Part shown: positions 12,967-26,300 of the stretch, piece by piece
How positions within the stretch are numbered: the first letter of the stretch is position 1
How the letters are laid out: every line of letters begins with the position of its first letter
Source: Eukaryota sp. GEM-RC1
Lineage: Eukaryota
Assembly (NCBI GenBank): GCA_040285855.1
Contig: JAUFOQ010000016.1
Coordinates: forward strand, 2,294,001-2,358,000
Direction of reading: 5' to 3'
Length of the DNA stretch: 64,000 nt
Program-made: the position numbers and the translations under genes
The notes under the pieces: generated by a model
Databases searched by the model: none
What the model was told of the DNA's origin: nothing
The model's input: the letters and a program-made list of their open reading frames with translations, nothing else

Positions 12967-13329
12967 CAAAAATAGGGATTATTACAGAAATACCAGTCAA
13001 CGAAAATTCAGAATTACACTTATACCCTGGTTCATCAAAACTACCAGTGATGCTTATCAACGGGGAAGTGTATCTTCATGTCTCTCCTACTTTGGATCGT
13101 GTGTGAATGACAATAAACATGATCTTCTATTACCTCTTTATCATGAATCCATTCAAACATAGCGCGATGTAAAAACTACTCACTCTGATACCACAGGGCT
13201 TCTGATCTGCTGTACAATGACAGGTTGCGCCTTTTCATTAAACAGCCATCGAAGACAAGACGATAATTGATACATTTTTACACTAGTCAAACACTCTTGC
13301 TCTGCACTTCAGTCCTGCAGACAATGGAG

Positions 13330-13685
13330 GGAAAAATTGCCAAAGCTAGGATGATGACAGTTTATAACAATGGGAGATTTATTGAAGTAACCGATGAACC
13401 ACAAAGGATCTACTAGTATATTGTCGATTTGGATCAACAACATTGTGACTGCGGAAGATGGCAAATAGAAGACATTTCCTGTATTCATGAATGTATGGCT
13501 TTAATGTCAGTTAACTCAAAGCCCTTGGAGAAAGTAGAGCAAGAAACACTCAGAGTAAGATTTATGAGGATGGGGTAGTTCCTCCTCGAGATAAAAGGGT
13601 TTGGACAACCTATGCTACTCCTTTAAGTCCTCCGGATGTAAAACGTGAAGTCGAAGCCTCGAAGAAGAAAATGCATCGTAGTGTG
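13330..13685 (+). mobile_element. Mutator-like (MULE) transposase relic with SWIM zinc finger
   Basis: From 13417: YIVDLDQQHCDCGRWQIEDISCIHECMAL (SWIM pattern VDL..CxCxxW..C.H). Then, in another frame, VVPPRDKRVW..LSPPDVKR and a basic patch, as in MULE C-termini. Contains stops and frameshifts. Confidence 0.75.
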
Positions 13686-14399
13686 TATGACTTGTAGTTT
13701 ATTATCTAAGATATAGCAGCACAACTCATTAAAAAAGAAGCTTAGAAGGAAGGTTGATTCTTCACTGGTATATTTGATATGGGTATGGTAGTTTTGAAAA
13801 ATAAAAATGTTGTCACTGGTATTTTTGTGAAAGGCCCTCAAAAATATCAAAAAAATTATTAGCAATCCTCCGCTATTTAATGTTACAAAATTAATGCCCT
13901 GCTGCATTGATTCACGAAGTATTTTTTGAATGACGATACTAAGTTCTCTTCAATTTTTAATTTAGCCCAGTTTATGACCAGACCACAGTTGATGGAACCG
14001 CATCTGGTTTTCTTTTATTTTGACAATTTTTCCGCTTCAATCTCATTTCCATGACTGTATCGTTTTGTACTTTTAGCTTTATGGAGTATAGCTACAGGTG
14101 GTGAAACAGAGAACAGGTTTTGCCAAATTGATTGATTGAGTCTCGAATTGTCAGACTTACAAACAGACCCAAAATCAATTAAAAACTGAGATGACATTTC
14201 ACTGATACTCCAAAAATAGTTAGTTTCATATTCTCTGTGTACCACAAAAATCAATAAACTTGCAACAATTCATTACCACTCTACCTATGGTAGAGTTATA
14301 ATTCTATTCTTACTATAATTCTAGTGTAATTCAGAGCTTTTCTATTTTTGTTTCAAAAATACATTTTTCAGAAATTAAATTTCTCTGTGCTGGGAAATA

Positions 14400-17300
14400 A
14401 TGCTCTACCTCTCAATGTTCTTCTGGCTACTTCTCGTCATTACCAGCTTCACTTCTGCAAAGGAAACACAGTTTCTTCCTCAGACTGCATGTACCCAAGT
14501 TTTTTCCGATGGTGATTGTTGGACAAATGGATCGCCAGTCAACGGTGATAGAGCCATTATCATGGCCTGTGACGGAGGGATGAACTCCCTGCAGCTTACT
14601 TCATCTCTTTCTCTTGATACACTTGTTCTGGGTTCTGGATCTTGTCATCTTACAATCGAACTACTCGCTGACACTGTTCTCACGGTTACTTCTTCCTTTG
14701 AATGGCAAGGAGGTGTCATCACATCCTCTTCTAACGGACATATCACTTCCCTTGATGCCACTAATCTCTACTTTACCTCCGCAAATTCCTTCTCCATCGA
14801 TCTATTGTTCACCAACAAGGGAACTATGACATTGATCCCTGAATCGTCCCTGTTCCGTGATCTCTCTATTACCAAACTATTCACCAATGAAGGAGAAATT
14901 ATTGTCACTGCTGATCTTAAGGTTAGTATTCAAGCCTCACTTGTCCATAATCAAGGCCAAATAGTCTCTCATGGACATTCTCTCTATCTTCAAGGAGTGT
15001 CCAATACATATGGACAGGGGAATCTATTGGTAGAGTCTGGTCTCTGCCGAATCTACTTCTCCCTGAACACCATATTCTCTGGAGAAGTTGTTGTAGAGGA
15101 CTCTGCAGTTCTAGAAGTCTATGATGATGCTAGCTTTTCCTCCAATTCACGCGTATCTGGTGATGGACGTCTAGTAATCGGAACCAGTGCTGATATCGTT
15201 TTCGGAGGGTCTTTAGACGTTCTTGTAATCTGGGCACGTGATAATTCTAAGTTATTCTTATCAAGTACTTGCACAGTTAGTGACTTTCTCTTTCATCATG
15301 GAGGGGAAAACAGTCTTGTTGAATTTGACCCTACTGTGGTATCCTCATTGGACAGCTTTACATTGTCAGGAAATAACGGTCGTTTCATAATTAATGCTGA
15401 CAACGATTTCAGCTCAATTACTACTTCAATTACTGTCAGTGCATCTTTTCCTAATCAGTTTGTGGAATTTAAACTTCTTGAAGACACGATTTCTCTAAGT
15501 TTAGACACTGTTCGTCTACGAACTCAATCGCAACTGATTGTCAGTGGTACAAACCAGCCTGTTTTGATTAAGAATTTTGAAATTGGTCACGAATGTGAAA
15601 TGCCAACCTTCTTCACTACCAGTTCTTTGGCCATAACATTAGAACTCAATTGGAAATCAGGCATAATCAACACTGATCTCTTTATTGCAGAAACCGCAAC
15701 TGCCTATTTCGAAAACACGTGTTCTGATTATGAATTTCCGTTTAATAAACAGCTCATGATTAATGGTACTCTCCATTTACGTCCAGGAACCCCCTTTTAT
15801 TTTAGTCCCTCATCAAAATTCATTATTCATGGAAATTTGATTTCCCATTTAGGATCGTCTGTTACTATTGACGGATATTTTCTGCATTCTATATCAAGTT
15901 TTGAATCAGTGACGTTTACTTTTGGTCCTGATGCTGTCTTGGACTTGCCAATTTCCAATGAGCTGTACTGTATCAATCATTGCCACTTGACCTTTGATGC
16001 ACAACCCGTTGATTATGACCGTATCACAATAGAAGCGTCGAGTTCAATCACTTTTAATGGCGACTGTTGGGATTCTAATGACAAAATTTTCTCTGATTTT
16101 GTTCTCTTACATTCTTCTGTTCTCTTCAACACTTCTTCTGACATATTCCTTACTAATCTGACCTTTATAGGAAGTTCTCTTGATTCAACTACTGCTGTTA
16201 CTTTTCTTCACGATTTTGACTTTCATTCTGGTACATTTGGTTCACGTGACTACCACGACTTCCACGTCATCATCCCTGAAAACGTGTCTGTTTCACTAGT
16301 TAGTTCTGGATCTAAGTTCTTTCGCTCCAACCTCAAATTATTCAATCATGGTGCTTTTAGAGTTTGCCAATCTTCTCACTTTCTAATGGATTTTAACTCT
16401 TCCATTCATAATTACGGATCCATTGAACACGGATGTACTCTCTCTGGTGAATTAATTACTCCACTGGTAGGTTTTGTTTATAGAAGGTGGTCCATTGTTA
16501 ATATGACTGCTCCAGCCATATTTAATGATGGAATTATTCGGAAATTAAATGGAACTTCTGCTATCAACACTCAAATTGCCCTATATCAATCCAATGTTGG
16601 AGTTCTCGACCTTGGTCCCACTCCATCGAGCTCAACTGCCTTTTCTCAACACTTCAGTCCAATGGATTTAAGTGGTGACGTTTTCATTCTCCTGGGGAAG
16701 TAATGCTCGTGATATCAGCCAACTCAACTATTTTTGATGACTGCACGTTTCACGGACCAACTTCTTTTTCCGAACTAGTTCCGGTGGAGTTGTAGATTTC
16801 TACGGAAGTTTTGAATTGTCACCAATATTTTATCAGTACTCAGGGAACTTTACCTTTCATCCACAATCACGATACCACATCTCTTCAGTCCTTGTCTCTG
16901 GTGGTAACCTTACTCTTCATAATCCAACAACTAATGAGACTGTTTTTTCCTTTGATAGTATCACCGTCTCAGGGGGTTGGTTCACTGTTCATAAAATTGA
17001 TCGTGATCTTGTTATTCCCCAAATACAGCAATATTGTTGTGGTAGATCACAGTTCTTTGGGGTAAATGGAAGTGTTGAGGTTATAGGATTCTCTCAGACT
17101 GGTGGAAATATGTTCTTTACCAATGTAGATGGGGATTTTCTCTTCCCTAATGTTCCTGCAATGGTTAGTGGAAGGTTGTCTGTAACTGATGTGTCCGGAT
17201 TTGTAGTTTTCCCCACAGATTTTGATCTTTACATTGCTCCAAATTATAGACTGTTATTTCACAGAGTAAATGAATCAGTTTTGATTGATGGAAGTCTTCT

Positions 17301-20300
17301 TGTTGAAGGTTCGTTCTCAGCGAGGGAAGTTGCTAATTCCTTTGTACTAAACGGTTCCTTAAATATAACAGGAGATGACTCCTTTCTCAACGTATCTCTT
17401 CTATCTGGCTCCTTCTTTGTTCCGGATGGTATCTTTCCCACTGGTGGAAACTCCTATGTGAGTGGAGTAGCTCATAATTTGGAGTGGAATTCAATTGAAG
17501 TCATTAATCCTGCAAATTTCACTTTTTCTCATGTCCAGAATTTAACCTACACCACTCACATATATCTATCCTGTGGATTTCAACTTTTGAATTTCGACTC
17601 ATTCTTTACTCCTCACCTGATTGCAGAAGATCGAGCAAAGGACTCTTTTCTCATGGTAAACACTCTGCTATTATTCCGTTTATTCAGGGATTTGATGGTA
17701 GTGTTGATTTCGTTTCAATACCACAGTTTTCCACCGATGAATTCATCACAGAAGGAACTCACTTCCTCTTTCACTTCATTTCTGATTCAATTTTTCTCCC
17801 ATCATTTGACCTACTTTCTGGCTCAATTGTTCATCTTCGGACCATTCCTTTTAATGTAGAACTCTTCAATATAACTGGTTACAGCGGCACTCTTACTTTA
17901 GATACTTCTAACACTGTCACCATACATTCCTTAAAACTTCTGGGCCCTCAATCTTCTAGAAATGGTCGTGACACAGCCGTTGTTCTTAATGGAGTTCTTC
18001 ATGAGTCTGGGTGTTTCTGTGGTGGTCATACCATTAGTATTATACCAGCTCTTTTAAACACTTCCCTTCCTAAATCTTACTTTGGCGGTGTACTAGTGAC
18101 TGAAGACTATCTATTAATTGATGTAGATGGGGGAAAGATTGCAGGTAGTGCTCTGGGAGGAATTCAAATGAAAAGTTTAACTGATGTTGTTGGAAATGTG
18201 TGGTTCTCCAACTCAGTCAATACAAGTTATCCTATTTTTGACAATTATGGAACTCTACATTTCTTTAACGCGACTACACGACGGGATTTAGAATGGAAGT
18301 TCTTTGCCCGTAATGATTCTTCATTCTTTATTCATGATTTTGAGTTGTCTCTTGGTCGTGGGGGTGGTGAAATTGACGTTCCCGTCAACATTTGCCCAAC
18401 CTGCACATTAGCCTTCCACAGCACGTTACAGTTTGCTCAGTTCAGAGAGCCTCACGTCATGACCTCCAACTCTTACCTGAACTGTCCTAATTGTACTCTT
18501 GAGTTCCGTGGAAATGGAGCCTGGCTTCAAGTCTTTTGTTTGTTCAATCTTCAGGCAGTTCATAAGCAGTCTTTTGGGCGTTTGGAAATGTTTGATTCTG
18601 CTGTACACCCCTTTGTTGAGTTTGAACTTGAGAATTGTGAGGTTCGATTTCATAATTCTTCCTTGATTGGTCTTGATGATGGTGAAGATTACGTTCCACA
18701 GTTTGTTCAATTAGACTATTGCGGATCTCTTCTTTTTTAATAGAAGTCGTTACGGACTTGAATTTCCACATTTAAATATTTCGGGTGGATCTCTTGAAAT
18801 TTTTAATCATGATTTAAAACTGATTAGATCTATTATCGTAATTGATAATGGTGGTCACTTTGGATTAACTAACTTTTCTTACCCCTGGTCAACTGACAAA
18901 ATTTTAGTAAATTATGGATATGTATCATTTAATACTGGTTTCCCACTATCGGTTTCAGAGTTTCTTCTTGCTACACCTCCTCTCAGTTCAGTTCAAAAAC
19001 TGCCTTGTGTACATCTTTTGGACTTTGAAGCAAAATACTTGGCTTTGGAAAGATTCAATCATTCTGCAATCACTGGTGATGACGTTTTCATTGTGAGTCA
19101 CTTGAATTGGACTGGAGGATCTATTGCATTATTCGAACTAAATGTTACAGAAGTACTGATATCTGAAGGATTGCACTCACGTGGAATTAACAATGGATCT
19201 GTTCTGAATTTGCTACAATTTGGAATATTTGGAGGAAATGCACCAATTACAGTTAGTGACAGTAGTGTTTTAAACGTGCTACAGTCTGCTGTTCTTGAGA
19301 TCACGTCAAGCTTTGATATAGACTCTTTAGATTCTGTAACAAGTTCATCCTTGAACAACTACAACTTAATTTTGTTTCAAAACTCTAACACTTCCTTTTC
19401 TTTTGACTTGAATGTCTTCCACTATGGGGAAATTTCATTTGCTGATGGAGTAGATTTCACTATTTTGGGCGAATCTCACAATTGGGGTGATTATTTCTTT
19501 GATGATGAAAGTTTTTTGAAACTAGGTCATAATGATCACGTTTTTATGAAACTTCTCGTGTGATAGGTAACGGTTCGATTGCCATGTTTAACTGGAATTG
19601 GTCCGAAGATTACCAGTGGTATAACAAGAGTGTGTTTTTCGATGGGTTTTGGGACATTTCTGGAATATATGAACAAGATTATGGACGATTTTTGTTTTGG
19701 AACAACGCTGTAATCAGTCTCTCCTCAATCATTCTTTTAGAGCGAGCTCACGTCACCATCAATGGAAGTCGTTCTAATGGGGGCTGGGAGTTTGATTTAC
19801 TAGAAGTTTCCACTAATTCCTGGCTTGAGGTAACTGGTATTAAAGATGATTTTATATTCAAATCAATTATTATGCGATCTGATGAGTTTACACGTCTTTC
19901 TGAAACTCAGAATCCCTTAATATTAGACACAATTGAGCTCTACAACGGAATGATTGAGTTTAGTTCTGGTTGGATTGTAGAAGTAGAAACACTTTCTATT
20001 TTTGGAGGTCAAAAAATTGGTTCAGATGATTTGATTGTGGACCATTTTAACTGGGACTGTGGTACTCTACAAGGTACTGGTGTTATTTATGTCCGTAAGT
20101 TTGCAAATATCTCTACTTGTTCTCCCACCATTTGGAATCCTTCACCTACTTCAAAGTCTCTCAGAGAATTTACTTCACTTGTCATTCTCCCAGGAGCCTT
20201 TTTGCATTTGGATTCGGCAGACGGGATCTTCTTCTTCAATTACACATTTATTGATGTTCTTGGTAATTCTTCTTTCTATCAAGCAAGCCTATTTGCTGAA

Positions 20301-23300
20301 GACACAAATGACCAATACATCAAATTTGTCGGGGATACAGTTGATCTCATTGGACAATTCTCACGGTATTTCGATGTTTTCACGATCATTAATGCTGATT
20401 TCAATCATTATGAAGGGAGCGTTTACTTTAGAAGAGAATTAGATGTCTATTCTCCTTATATAATTTCTTCTGGTGCTAATGTTTATTTTACCAGGCTTGC
20501 TTCAGCCAGTCATCGATTTGTTTTTCATGAAAGTTCATCTTTTCTAGAAGTTCAAAATTCCAATACTTCCGAAGCTAAATTTCAGCCACTTAATCGCCTT
20601 GTCAACGTCATTGTTAAGAGTGATTTTACTATGAACCTACTCACTTTTTTTTACTGGCAGGGTCACTTTTACTCAAGATATCCAGTATAATGTTTCTTCT
20701 ATTACACTATTGGGAAATGCTACCTTACATTTTCATCAGTTATCCTATAACTTTGGCGGTGTTCGAAACTTTAAATTATTGGGCGAAAGTACTCTACGGC
20801 TTACGTCAGGTTTACCTTTTATTCTATTCAATAGTTTTGGTTTACTAACTGAAAAAGCTCAAATAACAGGCACTGATCAGCTCATAATTCAATCAGAGTC
20901 CTTTGACAGTGGAGATCACTTCTATTGGCATGGTGGAGGATTCTCTGGTCTCTTTCAGGTATACATCCACGACAGTATCGAAGTTGCTGGTCAATATCCT
21001 AAATTCATTTACGGAGGAGTTGTTCTAAATCTCTTAGACGATGTTCTTTGGGAAACAACAGTCTCTAATGTTCTATTTGGCAACGGTAGGTCACGCATAG
21101 TTGTTATGCCAGGAGTTGTACTTACTGTGGAATCTTACTTGTTACTACAATGTCCCAATGAGTTGTATATCCCAAGTTGTAATTGTTTGGCTTCAATCAC
21201 CATAGATCAAGGTGGTCATCTTAATGTTACCAGTACTGTTGTTCGCTCATGTTTTTCCTTTGTAAATGGCGGAAACATGACTATTTATGATTCAAGAGTT
21301 GAGCTCTACTCTTCCCTCACTAGTGTTGCTGACGTTTATGTCTGTCAAGAATCGTTACTACATTTTCTTTCTAAAGAGCGCCACTCAACTCTAGATCACC
21401 GTAGTACTTTAATACTTGAAGGTGAAATGCTGCTTGACAATGGAGCAGAAGTCCGATTAGAAGGCCATCTGCTCCCCTTTAATGTTCCCGTGCATGTCGT
21501 TGATGGCAATATTCAATTCAGAGCTGACTCAATCATTGAAACCCCTTTCTTTTCCGTATCGACAAGGGATCATGTCTCTTTCTTAGAGTTAGAGATCCTT
21601 TGATCATGAAGGAAATCATTATCAATGGAGGATCAGTGATGTACAGTACAACTAGAGATGTTCTTGTGGATCGTTTCGTCATGAATAATGGAGTTTCAGG
21701 TGGTATGGACACTGTTTATGTTCTAGAGTACATGGGATTAAATGGTGGTAGTTTAAGGCAAAGTTCAGTTCATGTATTAAATGATTCTGCTGTTGGTGAA
21801 GGTAAAGCTGTTGGTGTGGTGCTACAGTTTCTGTCAGGAAGTGAGCTGTTCTTACGATCAAACTTTATATTTTCTGGTAATAATGTGGTATCTGGGACTA
21901 ATTGCCTAATCCAGTCCAATCAAACTCTTACTGCAACAGGATCGCTTACTTTCTCTACGTCCACCTCTTGTCTTCTGCAGAACTTTGGTTATATTGATGT
22001 TCAAGGTTCGGTGAGTTGTGGTTTCGAGTTCAACAATATTGCTGAAATGTTTCTTCAACAGAATGCATTCTTTTCTTTTATTGGAGGTGGATATTCAGTG
22101 GGTCAGCTAACGTGTAGTTCAAATTCTAGACTTGGGCTTAGTAGTCGTCATTTTACATTTAGAAAAGGAGCTCATTCAGAGTTGATTGGATTCGATTATC
22201 AGTTTCAGCTGTCACATTCTTCAGGCCGGTTCTTTTTTCATAATAATGTTTCGCTTTTAAATATCCGAACATCTGGTTTAGGAAGAATTGTGATCACACC
22301 AGATGCCTATGTTACAAGTGACTTGTTTGTTGAAGTCTCTACTACATATCTTGAAATCTATCAATTTACTAATCTGAATTCTACCAATTTCAGTTACTTC
22401 TCTTTATCACATTCGGGTCGTCTTGTCCTCTTCACTGATACAATTGTTCAGATCCATTCCTTAGTACTCGCGGGAGGATTTAGAGCAGGCTCTGATATTG
22501 TTCATGTTGTTAATCCTCTTTATTGGGGAGGTGGAGGCTTCCGTGATAATTGTTTAACCGTTATTGAAGGATTGACAACTATAAGTGAACGGTTGAGGTC
22601 AAAGAATGTGTATTCTTATTCTAGAGTGGTGTTTGAAAAGAAGTATACTTTTTGAGAACTCGAGTATTTCTGGTAGTATCGGCTCAAAATTAGTATTTGA
22701 ATCTAGTTTATTCATCAATAACGGTGCTTTATTTACAACTACTTCTTCCACCCTTCCTCGCCTTATTTTTAAAGACGAAGTTATTCTAGAAAACAAGGAA
22801 AATTCCCTCATTACTCACTGGAACACCACTACTGCGCAATCACTTGAAGTACCTCAAAAGAGTTTAGTGTTAGTCAGAAACTCCTTCCATCATCTGTCTA
22901 CCTCAGTCACCAACTACCATAACGATAGCACTATCATTGTTAATAAGTTCTACAATACTTCTGCTGGATCTAGTTTTATTGCTAATTCTACTTTTGTCAG
23001 TCTAACAGATGAAACGTCAGCCATTGAGTTTGCTGGATATGTTTGTATTGCCAACACAACATTCGGCTCCAAAGGATTTGTCATCTTCAGGACCACTGCT
23101 TCTATCTGCCAGGACTTTACTTTTAGATTGATAGGTGATACTAAGCTCTTGTCTGATCAACCTCTTAGATTCTGTCGTTACGTGATTGATTTCGATTTTC
23201 TTTTTGTTTATGACGTTGTGATTTATTGTGAGTTGAGATGGAGTTCTGGTTCGATACTGGGTGGTCATACACTATTTCTAACTAATGAAACTGTATTTAT

Positions 23301-26300
23301 TGTTACCACTGTTGGTGACGAGTTTGTTACCATTGGAGATTCTACAACATTTGCTTCTAATGGAACCGGTGTTATTACTGCAAACGTTTTAGGTCAGAAT
23401 TGTTCTCTTATTGAAAATTTTGGATTCTTGGCGATTCGTGACAGTTTTTTAAATTTTAATAGCACCTTCGTTGGATTAGTCAATTACAACTCTCTTTCCC
23501 TTGGAGATCCTGGTGGAAATGTAGCATTGAATCTAAGTGTTGTAAACTATGGATCAATTGTGTTCGTTGGAGGTCACGTGATGTTCAATCAGACCCTCCA
23601 AACTTATACTGATTTGGAAGTTCCCGACTTTACTTCTGTTTTCCTTCGCATTGCTCACTTTCAAAACATTTTTGTCAGTGTTTTAACTTCTGACTTTACT
23701 TTTTCTAATCTCACTTTTAACGATGTTTTACTAGAGTTCTCTCATTCATTATACGTAAGGAACGGATCCCGGCTGACGTTTGGTACTGGGACAGTTTTTA
23801 AAAGCAACGAAAGTCTCATTGTTTCTGGCGGACTTTTTGAAATTTTGCGCCCTCACTTCTCTCACTTTTTGGTTGTTATCAAAGCTGGAGAGTTAATGTC
23901 CTTTTATAATTCAACCACTTTTGATACATTGATAATGCATGGAGGGCAAATCCGAGCTTCCAATATGACTGTCAACGTTCTACACTTAGATGTCGTCAAT
24001 CCTACCTTCATCACTGCATCATCTGTTATCCATGTTCTTGGACATTGTCATTGGGATGGCAATGATGTTTTAGGTTCCAATATGTCAACTATAATTGCAT
24101 ATGAATCCTTGACTTTAAGTGGTAGTACTGGCTGGTATACAGTAAATGTATCGCTCAGTAGTCAAAACTCAATCATCACGTCATTGAGTGATCTCATCTT
24201 TGACTCTGATTCTATTGTAATGGAATGGGACATTTCTGCTGCAAACATTACTCTTTTGGGTTCATCTATTGTTACATTAAGAAAGTCACAAGTTATTACT
24301 CCTGTTTTGCAGATCGCCTCTCAAACTTCCATAATCTCCAATAGTCGGTTAAATGTTTCTATGTTAGTATCGGGCCATGGAACGCTAGTTGTCAAAAGTT
24401 CTCGAACCAATTTGGATTGTTTTGTCTCTGACGTTCGTATTTCTGTCAGTAGTGGTATTTTGGATCTTCGTAGGTCTGAGTTCAATGAAATTCGACTCAA
24501 TTATACTGGAGGTATTATTTTATTCAGAGAGTTGATTAGTCCAGATCGAATTGAATTTGTTAATGTTCAAGCAAATTTAGAAATTGACAACATACACCCA
24601 ATGTTGTTTAAAATTGGAGTGTGTAATTCCACTGTTGTTATTCAAAATTGTAACATTTCAACATTTGTTGTTGACAAATTGGAGTCCAATTGTCATATAA
24701 TTTTTGATGTGAAAGCTAATATTTCCAGCTTGTCAGTATTATCAATGAAAGGAGGCTCAATTACCACGAAGTATCTGTCAGCTGTTACATTTTCTAGTAT
24801 CCGTATGCTGGACGGAATTATCAAATTTAGCCATCAAAGTCGCTCAGTATTTGATTGCTGTTCTCACGACTTACTTGGAGGCACTGTTTTGTTTGGCCAG
24901 GAATCTTTTACAATGGTTGATGACCTTACCGTAAAAGGCAGTCTTGTTATTTTGGAACCTAATTCTGTTATTGATTGTTTTGTTGATCACGTCTCACTGG
25001 ATCATCAATCACGTTTGATTATTCACTCTAATTTTTCTGTGTATTCTTTAGACATGAACAGCTTTTCCAAGGTTCAATCTGAGTTTCATCTGTTTCTTTC
25101 TATCCTCAACTTTTGCGGTGGTATCGTAGATGTTACTTCCCTTAAGGTTTCTAATTACACCTTTTTTCCACTAGTTCTCCAAAAGAATTTCTCGACACTC
25201 TGGTTTTCCTCTCAAATGAAGCTCTTATAAGTGATGACGTCGTTCTTCATTTAGCTGGTATTTCTATCGTAACCATCAATTATGACTGTATGCTTTACAT
25301 CGATAATCCCAATGCTCCAGCAGTAATAACATCTGAAAGTACATCTTATGTTTCTATTTTTGGATCTGTTGTGTTTAATTACGGAACTTCTCACTGGTTT
25401 GTCTCAGTTACTAATCAAGGATCTATTGTTGCTACCTCTGGTGCGCACGTCAACTTCATGTTACCTGTCTCTTCTGAGTCAGTATTGAGCGCTGAGTTGG
25501 AAAGTGTAATCTCATTTTTCAATCAGACTAATATTTCTAATTATTTCAGTGTTTTTGGCCGTGTAATCTTCCATTTTGATGGTGTTGTTGAAAACTCTGT
25601 TATCTCAGGCAATGGAACTGTTATGATAGTAGCTCCAATAACTTTGTCAATTTCACATTCCAATTTTAATTTTTCCGGATCCTTTGAGCTCTTTGATGGG
25701 CATCTACTGATAGATTCAATTCAGACTCAGTCTGAAGCCCCTTCTTTGTTCTTTCACTCAATTCTTCAGTGTTCTTGAGATCGTCAACTCTCGATTTCTC
25801 TATGAACAAAGTACGTTTTATAGAGCTTTGCAGCTGCGAGTTCATCGTTCATTCTTCCCTTTTCTATGTCAATCAACTTATAATGAGTAGTAATCAATCA
25901 CGTTTCGCTGGAGGTTCTACTGCAATGATCACAGATTTCACGTGGGGGTCAGGTATAATCCAACATAATACTACAATTATTGGAAACGTGAATCTCATTG
26001 GTAACGATAATATTAGAACAATGAAAATCCTTGACGAACATTGTCAATTGTCTTTCCTGTCTGAAGTTGTGGTTCCAAGTTCAACAATTCTGTATGGTTC
26101 AGAACAGTCCATTATTATCTTCAATAGTTCAAAAATCATTTTTGAGACAGATATACAACTTCTTTGTCTTTATAATCAAACTAATTGCTTTGTTCGTAAT
26201 TTTGGTCATATGATCTTGAATCATTCAGAAATCTACTTTGAGTCAGAGTTCCTCAACCAAGGATATCTTTCAATTTCAAATTCTCTTATTTATTTAAATA

